64,000 bases of DNA from Bacillales bacterium UBA7278 (GTDB lineage: Bacteria > Bacillota_I > Bacilli_A > RFN20 > CAG-826), in assembly GCA_002472275.1 (NCBI GenBank), contig DKRQ01000026.1, positions 25,267-89,266 on the forward strand, read 5' to 3'. Position numbers and translations under genes: made by a program. Below, piece after piece: positions 1 to 8,090 of this stretch. Every line of letters begins with the position of its first letter. The stretch's first letter is position 1. The notes beneath the pieces were generated by a model, which did not search any database, was not told the origin of the DNA, and was given only the letters and a program-made list of their open reading frames with translations.

Positions 1-571
1 AGCCATAGTGGAGCGCGTAGGAGAAGGAATCGCTAGGGAAGGGGCGGATCGAGGTGTAATAGGGCCAGATATGGGCTTCCGGATAGATGATCACGGCCTG
101 CTGCTTCTTGAAGCGCCTTTCGAGGGCGGCGTCGAAGTTCGGCTTGGCTTTTGGATCGTTGGGTAGGGGGATGCCTCCTAATAGGGGGACGAACTTACCG
201 ATACCCGGGATGGCCGTGTTATTGGGATGGACGATCGTATTGATATAGCGATTCGCAAAGAAGGCGGGGATGACCGCGTCGCCGATATCCTGGGTGTGGT
301 TGCCATAGAGCAGAATCGCGTTATGGCGATAGCGCTTTAGCTTCCACTTACCCACGATTTCGTGGTGGAATTTGGCCTTCAAATAGATTTTGGCGATTGG
401 TTTTGCTATGCAAAAGAAAAAGAAAAACCGCTTCATCTTGCCCCAAAGGGAGGCATCGCGTATGTAGCGGTAGTCTTCCCCGATTCGGGGCGTTTCGACC
501 TTCGTGGGCGAAAACTCGTCATGCAAAAGGTCGCTGTATTCAATAGTGTCCGGCAATTGGCTTTTGGACAT
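1..571 (-). CDS. lysophospholipid (1-acyl-sn-glycerol-3-phosphate type) acyltransferase family protein; 3' end lies outside the window
   Basis: My own minus-strand translation from the ATG (complement of 569-571) reads MSKSQLPDTIEYSDLLHDEF...LLYGNHTQDIGDAV...KKQQAVIIYPEAHIWPYYTSIRPFP. It has an NH(x)nD block and a YPEA block like PlsC-type acyltransferases. The frame stays open to nt 1, so it is missing from the ORF track. Confidence 0.55.
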   Translation of the reverse strand, partial: MSKSQLPDTIEYSDLLHDEFSPTKVETPRIGEDYRYIRDASLWGKMKRFFFFFCIAKPIAKIYLKAKFHHEIVGKWKLKRYRHNAILLYGNHTQDIGDAVIPAFFANRYINTIVHPNNTAIPGIGKFVPLLGGIPLPNDPKAKPNFDAALERRFKKQQAVIIYPEAHIWPYYTSIRPFPSDSFSYALHYG

Positions 572-591
572 GTCTAAATGAAATGCCTCTC

Positions 592-1617
592 TTAGGCATT
601 AACGTAGCGGATGCGGGAGACGAGGTCAACCATCTCTTGGTGCTGGCTGATAAGAGGCTGAGCGGTACGTTTCTTAGAAACGAGCGCCATGAAATTGTCC
701 TTGCGGTCGATTTCCTCTTGGCACATGGTGATGACTTTGGCGCCGACGGCCCTCTTGCTCTCCATCTCTTCGGGGGTAATGCGGGCGAATTCGGCTTTGA
801 TCTCCATAAAGTAGGGGGAAAGGGGAGCGTATTTCCAGAAATACTCGCTGTAGAGGCAGTTGATGTCATGCCAGGGTTTCAATCCGAAGTTGTAGTGGAT
901 GATACCGAGGTCATTCGGGTTAATGCCCCAAAGCTTGAGGGACTGGCAGTTCCACCTCTTGGAGAGGGGGTAAGTCTTGTTCTTGCAGATGACGTTGAGG
1001 TAGTCCTGATCTTGGGCGACGACAAAGTTGTAGAAGCCAACGAGTTGGATGAACTGACCGAGAACGTCATGCTCCCTCCATTGTTTGCAGTTGATGACGA
1101 TCATTCCGGCGTTGAAGTAGTACTCGGGACGGACGCCAAGGACCTTTTGAACATAGGCGGAAGCGACAGGGACGGTCGCGACGACGGCATCTTGGACAGC
1201 GGCGAGGTACTTGTTGCCGATGTTGATGTCGAAGAGTTTGGCGATGTCAGCGACGATCGCGGTGTCGGAGTCGACGTAGATGGCTTTGTCGTATTGCTTG
1301 AACTTGTCAGCGATGACGAAGCGGAAATAGGTGGAAAGAGAATAGTAGTCACGAACCGGGAGTTGGTCGACGATGTGGTGGAGGTCGGCTTCGACGTTAT
1401 CGAAGGCGATGGAGATGTTCTCGGTGGCCATCGCCTGGATGGTGCGCTGGTTCTCTTCGGTGATATCGGTGTGCAGGACGTGAATCTCATAATGACGGCG
1501 GGCAGATGCGTTCGCGATAAGGGAAACAAGCGCCACGGAAAGAAATTTCACGTATTTGTTGTCGCAGCCGAAGAAGACGGCGACGGGTTGTTTTTTCGAT
1601 TTGCTGTTATTTGGCAT
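592..1617 (-). CDS. glycosyltransferase family 8 protein
   Basis: ORF 592..1806 trimmed to the internal ATG at 1617, which is preceded by AAAGGAGG. VAVFFGCDNKY, YVDSDT (DxD), NAGMIVIN and HYNFGLKPW blocks are typical of GT8 (LgtC/GspA-like). Confidence 0.8.
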   Translation of the reverse strand: MPNNSKSKKQPVAVFFGCDNKYVKFLSVALVSLIANASARRHYEIHVLHTDITEENQRTIQAMATENISIAFDNVEADLHHIVDQLPVRDYYSLSTYFRFVIADKFKQYDKAIYVDSDTAIVADIAKLFDINIGNKYLAAVQDAVVATVPVASAYVQKVLGVRPEYYFNAGMIVINCKQWREHDVLGQFIQLVGFYNFVVAQDQDYLNVICKNKTYPLSKRWNCQSLKLWGINPNDLGIIHYNFGLKPWHDINCLYSEYFWKYAPLSPYFMEIKAEFARITPEEMESKRAVGAKVITMCQEEIDRKDNFMALVSKKRTAQPLISQHQEMVDLVSRIRYVNA

Positions 1618-1984
1618 GATCGTACCTCCTTTCGAGGTGCACTCATTGTTAGATTTTTCTAGGTTGTTTGTCACTCTCTCGTTTGGAAAGTGGCCACACA
1701 AATTATATCTCGCGAAATTAGAAGTCAAAGAATTATTCTCCAAAAAATAGAGAAACGGCATGGCATCGAATAAAAAAACGCGGTTTTTCGCGAGAATTGA
1801 AGCCAAGAAAAGTAAGGCATAAAGTGACGAAAAATGCGCAAGTGGTTTTTAATACTATGTTTGTTTTTGGCCTTTTCGTGGCATTCGTTTTCACATTCTT
1901 GAAAAATTTTTCATAGATTTTCTTATATATTCGGTGGTGTCAAAGTGCGCGCCTGGGCATATGATTTTTGGGCGGAGGAACCCT

Positions 1985-3247
1985 ATGAAACCGTCTGAAA
2001 GAGTCATCGCGAATCTCGCAAAGTCCCATTCCCAATACCACGCGGTCGCCCTAATGAAGGCCGCCTTTAAGGGCAAAGGCTACCAAAAGTTGGAAGAATC
2101 CGAACCTTGGATTCTCGTCCCTGGCGGTAAGTATTTCGTCACCCGTAACGGGACCAGCATCATCGGATTCGCCATTCCTGAATCCCCAATTCAGGGCTTC
2201 CAGATCGTTTCCACTCATAATGATTCCCCGTCCTTCAAAGTGAAGCCTTCCGCTTTCCTTCCCGGCCCCTATGGGACCAGGCTAAACGTGGAACCTTATG
2301 GCGGAATGATCATGTATTCCTGGCTCGATAGACCCCTTTCCTTCGCTGGCAGGGTTGTCGTCGAGGGCAAAAAAGGGCCTGAGGAGAAGCTTTTCGACCT
2401 CGAAGAAGACGCTTTGGTTATTCCTAGCCTGGCCATCCATCAGAACCGCGACATCAATTCGGGTCATGCCTTCAACGCCGCGGTCGATACCATTCCCCTT
2501 ATCTCCTTGGACAAAAAAGAAGGGGCCTTCAACGACTTCCTATCCGAGAAGCTTGGGACTGGCGAAAAAGTTCTAGCCCATGACCTATTCCTATATATAA
2601 GGGAAGAACCGAGGATCGTCGGGTTGGACAAAGATTTGCTTCTTTGTCCGCGCTTAGACGACCTATCCTCCGCCTATTCTTCTCTTGAGGCGATCCTTTC
2701 TATAGAAAAGAAAGAGGGGAAGATTCCCGTTTTTGCCTCTTTCGATAACGAAGAAGTCGGCTCCATGAGCAGGCAAGGCGCGATGAGCGATTTCCTCGTC
2801 GCCACTTTGTCGAGAATTCTTCTCGCCCTAGGAAAAGACGAGGCCCAACGTTACGAGGCCTTTGCTTCCTCAACAATCCTCTCGGTGGACAACGGCCACG
2901 CGAACCATCCCAATTTCCCCGCGGTCGCCGATCCGACCACGAGCGTGAAACTAAACGGTGGCGTCGTCATCAAATACAACGCCGGCGGACATTACACGAC
3001 CGATGCGCAGACCTCTGCCTATGTCAAAATGCTCGCCGCCAAATTGAAACAGCCCATCCAAGAATTCACCAATCGCTCCGATCTGCGTGGTGGTTCCACC
3101 TTGGGTAACATTTCCAATACCCAAGTCTCCATCCCGACCGCCGATATCGGCCTGCCTCAGCTTGCGATGCATTCCTCCGTTGAGCTATGCGGAATCGAGG
3201 ATATCAATAGGATGGTCGCGCTCCTAAAAGAGCATTATCTTGGCTAA
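1985..3247 (+). CDS. M18 family aminopeptidase
   Basis: Contains HNDSPSFKVKP, DNEEVGS, RGGSTLGNI and AMHSSVE blocks. Start moved to the ATG at 1985 behind GGAGGAA. Confidence 0.8.
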   Translation: MKPSERVIANLAKSHSQYHAVALMKAAFKGKGYQKLEESEPWILVPGGKYFVTRNGTSIIGFAIPESPIQGFQIVSTHNDSPSFKVKPSAFLPGPYGTRLNVEPYGGMIMYSWLDRPLSFAGRVVVEGKKGPEEKLFDLEEDALVIPSLAIHQNRDINSGHAFNAAVDTIPLISLDKKEGAFNDFLSEKLGTGEKVLAHDLFLYIREEPRIVGLDKDLLLCPRLDDLSSAYSSLEAILSIEKKEGKIPVFASFDNEEVGSMSRQGAMSDFLVATLSRILLALGKDEAQRYEAFASSTILSVDNGHANHPNFPAVADPTTSVKLNGGVVIKYNAGGHYTTDAQTSAYVKMLAAKLKQPIQEFTNRSDLRGGSTLGNISNTQVSIPTADIGLPQLAMHSSVELCGIEDINRMVALLKEHYLG

Positions 3248-3272
3248 AAAAGAGGGATTTTGCGAAGAAATT

Positions 3273-3911
3273 ATGCAAAAACCCGCTTTGATATTCGATT
3301 TGGACGGCACCTTGTGGGATGCCACGATACCCGTCGGGGAAGCCTGGCAGGAAGTCGGTAGAAAATGGGGGAATCCCTCCTTCATTTTCACCGCGGACGA
3401 CGCCAAATCGCTGATGGGCCTTACCATGACCGACATCGCGAAAAGGCTTTGTCCCGTTGGCTTGGACCCCAAGGACATTCCCGCTTTCTCCAAGGATTGC
3501 TTCGACTATGAAGTCCTTTATTTGACCAAACATCCTGGCCAACTTTTCCCGAAGGAATTGGAGACCCTTTTTGCCTTAAAAGAGCAGGGGTATCCGCTCT
3601 ATATCGTTTCCAATTGCCAAAAAGGATATATTGAGACCTTCCTGCCTCTAGTTCCCGTTGGTTTGTTCCTTGACTACATGTGCTTTGGGGACACCGGATT
3701 AAGCAAGGATGGAACGATTCGTCAGCTAATGAAACGAAACGGAATCGAATCCGCCATTTATGTCGGCGACACCGCGGGCGATGAGAAAGCCACTAGGGAC
3801 GCCGGCCTCCCATTCGTTTTTGCCTCCTATGGATTTGGGCAGGCGAAAGACCCCGATGTCATCGCCGCTTCTTTCGAGGAACTCCCGAAGGCTATTTCAC
3901 GAATCCTTTAG
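3273..3911 (+). CDS. HAD-superfamily hydrolase (phosphatase-like)
   Basis: HAD motifs IFDLDGTLWD (DxDxT), VSNC and YVGDTAGDEKA. The ATG at 3273 is preferred over the TTG at 3240. Confidence 0.7.
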   Translation: MQKPALIFDLDGTLWDATIPVGEAWQEVGRKWGNPSFIFTADDAKSLMGLTMTDIAKRLCPVGLDPKDIPAFSKDCFDYEVLYLTKHPGQLFPKELETLFALKEQGYPLYIVSNCQKGYIETFLPLVPVGLFLDYMCFGDTGLSKDGTIRQLMKRNGIESAIYVGDTAGDEKATRDAGLPFVFASYGFGQAKDPDVIAASFEELPKAISRIL

Positions 3912-3942
3912 TTTTTCCGTCTTTTTCGATAAAATCGAATCT

Positions 3943-4338
3943 ATGGAAGGCGAAATCAAGTATTGCGAACCTTTAGGGGAAGGGGAATATCTCTCCGAAG
4001 CCCAAATCGAGGTAGTCCGCAACAGATTCGACACGGACAAGCTCGAACTCACCGACCACATGGCCGTCATTTCGCTCGTGGATTCCTTCGTCAGGCAAAA
4101 CGGCAGGGCAACCTCCGAGTACGAAACCCTCTTTGACTTGGTCCAGAAATCCTCTTTGATGGCCTCGCCCTCGCTTGCTTATCCCGAAAGGGTCAAGGCG
4201 AGCGCCCCGTTCCTTTTGCTGCTTTGCGTTTACGACTATTTGATCCTCGTGGGGGTATTCAAGGAGGCCGATATCGAATCGATGAGGAAGGAAGCCCTGC
4301 GCCAGATGGGCTTGGGACCCGATATTCCCAAAGCCTAG
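3943..4338 (+). CDS. hypothetical protein, 131 aa
   Basis: ORF 3760..4338 trimmed to the ATG at 3943 (MEGEIKYCEPLGEG...). TAAAAT at 3930-3935 sits 7 nt upstream of the ATG. No family recognised. Confidence 0.5.
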   Translation: MEGEIKYCEPLGEGEYLSEAQIEVVRNRFDTDKLELTDHMAVISLVDSFVRQNGRATSEYETLFDLVQKSSLMASPSLAYPERVKASAPFLLLLCVYDYLILVGVFKEADIESMRKEALRQMGLGPDIPKA

Positions 4339-4344
4339 CAAGGC

Positions 4345-4373
4345 TTTATCTTTCGCGCCCGCAAAGCTAGAAT
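4345..4373 (+). promoter_or_regulatory. sigma70-type promoter TTTATC-17-TAGAAT ending 7 nt before the ATG at 4381 (leaderless arrangement)
   Basis: Hexamers read directly: TTTATC at 4345-4350 and TAGAAT at 4368-4373. No SD lies between the -10 box and the ATG. Confidence 0.4.
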
Positions 4374-4380
4374 AAGCAAA

Positions 4381-4659
4381 ATGGAAAACGACTTTGGTTA
4401 CCAAAAAGTGGCTCAGTTAAGCGTGGACCTCTCTAAGAGAGGAAACGCCCTAGCAAAAGCCGCCGACAGCGAGCAAGCCTCCAAAATGAAGGCTTATTTG
4501 GAATCGCAGCAAACGACCTTGGATAAGACCGAAGCGCTTTTGGCTACCTACAAAAAGAGCCTGACTAAGATCACCGAACGCGCCATGAACGCGGCCGGGG
4601 AGAAAGCGAGTAGGCGCATTTTGTCCGCCTATGAGCAATATGGCCTAAAGGAGGAGTGA
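4381..4659 (+). CDS. hypothetical small helical protein, 92 aa
   Basis: A/K/E/L/Q-rich heptad-like sequence. Tightly linked to the next ORF (stop at 4659, ATG at 4661). Confidence 0.55.
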   Translation: MENDFGYQKVAQLSVDLSKRGNALAKAADSEQASKMKAYLESQQTTLDKTEALLATYKKSLTKITERAMNAAGEKASRRILSAYEQYGLKEE

Positions 4660-4660
4660 G

Positions 4661-4996
4661 ATGGAGGAACAGAAAACCCTCGACCTTACCGCCCTTAAGG
4701 CCGAGCTAGACAATCAGCTCATCGAACTAAGCAAGACCGAATCCGAGAACATCCGCCTCGTGATGTCGGCCCCTTCTCTCGCCACGCAGAAATCCGCGGC
4801 GCTTCAAAACGATTTCAACAAGAAAATCGAGCAACTTAACGCCATAGCCAAGGAAAACACCGCCACGGAAGCTAGATCCATGGCGAGGTTCTCCTATGCG
4901 CTTAGCGGCTTTAACCAAACGGCCCTCTCCTTCGAAGCCTCTTTGGCGAAGGCGGTGACCGTGACTTTAGACGAGGCCAACGACGATGGAAAGTAA
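4661..4996 (+). CDS. hypothetical small helical protein, 111 aa
   Basis: AAGGAGGAG lies directly upstream. Overlaps the next ORF by 11 nt. Helical, low-complexity sequence. Confidence 0.55.
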   Translation: MEEQKTLDLTALKAELDNQLIELSKTESENIRLVMSAPSLATQKSAALQNDFNKKIEQLNAIAKENTATEARSMARFSYALSGFNQTALSFEASLAKAVTVTLDEANDDGK

Positions 4997-6890
4997 CGAA
5001 GCACTCGCCCTAAAAGCGCAGATCGAGCAGGCGAAGAAACAGACTTCCGCCGCCAAGGAAAAGGTCGACGATAGCAAAACTAGGCTCGCTAAAGTCGCCA
5101 ATGTTTCCTTATCCATCGACGAATCCTTCCCCCTCACCGAGGCGGTCCTCGTCAAAATCGTGGAGAACCAAAAGAAGATGGAGGCCTACCGCAACGAGAT
5201 GGAGGCCCTCCTTAGCTCTGCGGAAGCGGTGAACCAAGGGGTTGACGCGATCGCCAACTTCGCGGCACAGGTGGAAGCCGTTTTGCGCGGCGTCCGCCAC
5301 CTGGATAAACGCGGACATTATGATGAGGCTTTCGATTTGCTTGAAGCCATCCTCCAGCCCATCCTGGATTTCGATTACGGCATCGACCTCCCCATCAAGG
5401 AAGACGCTCATGACGTCTATCTTTGGACCAAAGCGGCCCTATTCGCCCATAAAGGCGAAGCCAACATCGAGCAAGATCTACCGCCCCTGACCCCCGAGGA
5501 AGAGAAGGAATACATCGAACTCGCCGGCTCCTTACCTTTATCGATTCGCGGTGAGCACGCCAAAAACTACCACATCGACAAAGCCAACGGTTTCGCCTTC
5601 CTCCTTTACGCCAAGGAAGAAAGCGAGAAGCCCCATACCAGGCAAACGTTTGAAGATCTTCTTGCCAAGATCGACCCGATTTACGCCCTCGAAGGGAAGA
5701 TGTCCTCCCTCACCGAAAGCAGGGCCGACGTCCTCAAACAATGTGCCATCGAGGAATTCAACGAGCTTTCCTATCGCTCCTTTGAGGAGACGAGGGATTT
5801 CGAAGAATGCCTTTTCTATTTCCGCAATAAGGACATCGTCGCCCATGACGACATCGTCCACATGGCCTATCGCGAGGCCAACGACGAAAGGCAGTTCAAA
5901 CTCTTCTTCCTCGAATCCGAAGCCATCAAAAACGGGGCCGAGCAATTCCGCATCGATTCCCGCGCCTTGGCCAGCGGAGAGATTGGAGAAGACGAATTCG
6001 ACCTCACCGTCTTGGCTCACTATTTCGCGTTGCGCGCTTTAGATCAAACCAAGTTTCAGATCCTCCTCGCCGAATTGAAGGCCCTCTCTTTTGAAAGATT
6101 GGTGGTGGTCGTCGGCAAGGCCTATGCGTTAGGCGCCGATGAAGCGAGGAAGGCGGCTGGTCTTGATCTTCTTGTCGCCCACAAAAAGAAAAAGGGCAAC
6201 ATCGAGGTCATGGCGGAGCATCTTATTTGCATCGAATCCTCGCTTGCCGAGGAAGGGAAGAAGCGGATGTCCGATATCATCCGCGACCTAATGCGCTCGC
6301 CCCATTCCAAGAAGGTTTGTGACAAATCGACGAACCCGAGTGCCCATCAATTACTATCGCAAAACCCCGCTGATTTCCCAAAACCGCTAGGAAAACCCAT
6401 CAAAAATCCGAAGGTCTCTTCTTGGGATTCCCTCGATAAATTCCTCTACATCGCCTTGGCGGTTGCCACCCCGATCATCGTCGCGGTCTTCCTTTTCGTC
6501 CTGATCTTTTTCTCGAAGTTCCCAAGCCCCGGCAGACTTCTTTATCTAGCCCCGTTTGCCATCGTCTTCCTCACCGTCGACCTCGCCATCGTCTACCGTT
6601 ATGGACGCGATGAGAGGAAGTCTGAAATAGTCCGCCGCGTGATCGGCTTCGACGCGTTTTGGAAAGCGGTGCTCGCGATGGCCTTCTTCCTCGCTCCTAA
6701 GGTATTGGCCCCGGTTGGCGAATTCGGCTATGCCCTCGCCGCCGCCGCGGCCATCGAGGGCCTATGGGGAATCCTCTTCTACAAAGACAGGAGCAAGGTG
6801 GCGGGATTCTTGTTCTATTTGCCGACCCTACTCATGGAAATCGTGACCGTCATCATGATCGTCGTCGACTCGGTCAACGGTTGGATTTGA
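4986..6890 (+). CDS. hypothetical membrane protein, 634 aa (N-terminal coiled coil, 4-5 C-terminal TM helices)
   Basis: Long ORF. N-terminus MESNEALALKAQIEQAKKQTSAAKEK... looks like coiled coil. C-terminal hydrophobic segments include FLYIALAVATPIIVAVFLFVLIFF, LLYLAPFAIVFLTVDLAIVY and FLFYLPTLLMEIVTVIMIVV. Confidence 0.7.
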   Translation: MESNEALALKAQIEQAKKQTSAAKEKVDDSKTRLAKVANVSLSIDESFPLTEAVLVKIVENQKKMEAYRNEMEALLSSAEAVNQGVDAIANFAAQVEAVLRGVRHLDKRGHYDEAFDLLEAILQPILDFDYGIDLPIKEDAHDVYLWTKAALFAHKGEANIEQDLPPLTPEEEKEYIELAGSLPLSIRGEHAKNYHIDKANGFAFLLYAKEESEKPHTRQTFEDLLAKIDPIYALEGKMSSLTESRADVLKQCAIEEFNELSYRSFEETRDFEECLFYFRNKDIVAHDDIVHMAYREANDERQFKLFFLESEAIKNGAEQFRIDSRALASGEIGEDEFDLTVLAHYFALRALDQTKFQILLAELKALSFERLVVVVGKAYALGADEARKAAGLDLLVAHKKKKGNIEVMAEHLICIESSLAEEGKKRMSDIIRDLMRSPHSKKVCDKSTNPSAHQLLSQNPADFPKPLGKPIKNPKVSSWDSLDKFLYIALAVATPIIVAVFLFVLIFFSKFPSPGRLLYLAPFAIVFLTVDLAIVYRYGRDERKSEIVRRVIGFDAFWKAVLAMAFFLAPKVLAPVGEFGYALAAAAAIEGLWGILFYKDRSKVAGFLFYLPTLLMEIVTVIMIVVDSVNGWI

Positions 6891-7004
6891 CCTCGTTTTG
6901 CACGTTTTTTTGAATAACTCAAACATAACGAGACAACTTTCACAAAGTGCTTTCTTTATTTTCCTACGCGCGTATATTATCATTTGATAAATTAGGAGAT
7001 TCCT

Positions 7005-8036
7005 ATGAAGAAAAACGAAAAGAAAAAAGTGGCTGTCACTTGGATCTTCGCCATCTTGTCCATCGCGGCAATCGCAGGCCTCGTCGTGTTTGCGCTCCTC
7101 TCCGCTGGACTGAAAGGCGTCGCATCCGATTTCACGCCCGAAGGCCCGGTTCTCAGCGCCGTGCTTGGAGGTTTGACCTTCAAATTCATCCAAGGATTCG
7201 CATTTCCTGGTTCGCTGCTTCCCCTTGCGGCGGCCATCGCGGTCTATCTTGGAGGTTTGCTCTTCCTGATCGGCCTCATCGTCATCATCGTGAAGAAGTC
7301 CCCGAGGTTTTTGATCCTCCCCTTTGTCGTTTTGCTCGCTTTCGTTGCCGCCGCGTATGGCTTCATCGTCTATGAGAACGCCGTGCCCGCCGCCGAAAGG
7401 ACCTTCGCCAACGTCAACCACACCCTCCCCGTGATTCTCGTCCCCGCTTTGGTCGTGCTTGCCATTGTCTGCTGCGTCTTCCAGTTTGCTTTCCCCAAGA
7501 AACTCAAGAAAGAAGCTGCTGAAGAAATCACTGAACCCAAAGCGGAAGAGCCCGCTCCCGTCGCCGAAGAAGCCCCCATCGAGGAAGCCAAACCCGAAGA
7601 GAAGCCCGCTCCCGAAGAAGAAAAGCCTGCCGAGAAGCCCGTCGAAAGTGGCTATCAATATGAACCCGCCGCTGCCGTTGCGGCTCCCGCCGAAGAGGCC
7701 AAACCCGAAGAGGAGCCCGCTCCCGCTCCGGAGAAGCCCGCGCCCGCTGCCAAGAAGCCTGCCCAGCGCAAGGTCCTCGTCGTCAAGAAGAACCAGCCCG
7801 CCGCTGCCCCGGCCCCCAAAGCCGCCAAGGCCGCTACCTTTAATGGCGGTGCCCGTGTTTATCACATCTCCAAGCATTCTTCCGGCCAGTGGCAGATCAA
7901 ACTCGCCACGAGCGACAAGGTCATCAAGGTCCTTCCGACTCAGGCCGAGGCCATTGCTTACGCCAAGGGTCTAGTCGAATCCCGCGGTGGTTCCGTCAGG
8001 GTCCACTCCGTCAAAGGCAAGATCAGGAAGGAATAA
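7005..8036 (+). CDS. 4-TM membrane protein with a P/A/E/K-rich linker and a C-terminal DUF2188-like domain
   Basis: AGGAGA SD upstream. The N-terminal TM domain contains KKSPRFLILPF. The linker carries EEAKPEEEPAP repeats. The C-terminus, YHISKHSSGQWQIKLATSDKVIKVLPTQAEAIAYAKGLVESRGGSVRVHSVKGKIRKE, fits the DUF2188 pattern as I remember it. Confidence 0.75.
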   Translation: MKKNEKKKVAVTWIFAILSIAAIAGLVVFALLSAGLKGVASDFTPEGPVLSAVLGGLTFKFIQGFAFPGSLLPLAAAIAVYLGGLLFLIGLIVIIVKKSPRFLILPFVVLLAFVAAAYGFIVYENAVPAAERTFANVNHTLPVILVPALVVLAIVCCVFQFAFPKKLKKEAAEEITEPKAEEPAPVAEEAPIEEAKPEEKPAPEEEKPAEKPVESGYQYEPAAAVAAPAEEAKPEEEPAPAPEKPAPAAKKPAQRKVLVVKKNQPAAAPAPKAAKAATFNGGARVYHISKHSSGQWQIKLATSDKVIKVLPTQAEAIAYAKGLVESRGGSVRVHSVKGKIRKE

Positions 8037-8048
8037 AAAGTTTGATTT

Positions 8049-8073
8049 AGGGGTTTCCACGCCCCTTTTCATT
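8049..8073 (+). terminator. weak hairpin plus T-run between the two paralogs
   Basis: AGGGG-tttccacg-CCCCT followed by TTTCATTT. The stem is only 5 bp. Confidence 0.3.
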
Positions 8074-8090
8074 TGAAAGGAAACAAAACA

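Noticed and set aside
583-1662. 359-aa plus-strand ORF
   Set aside because: It is antisense to the well-supported GT8 gene. The product is a D/V/G-rich low-complexity sequence with no SD or promoter context. This is a typical shadow ORF in GC-rich coding DNA.
4381-4996. WXG100/type VII secretion substrates, as a reading of the 92- and 111-aa helical proteins
   Set aside because: There is no central W-x-G motif. No EssC/FtsK-type ATPase, EsaA, EssB or YukD gene lies nearby. Size and helicity alone are insufficient.
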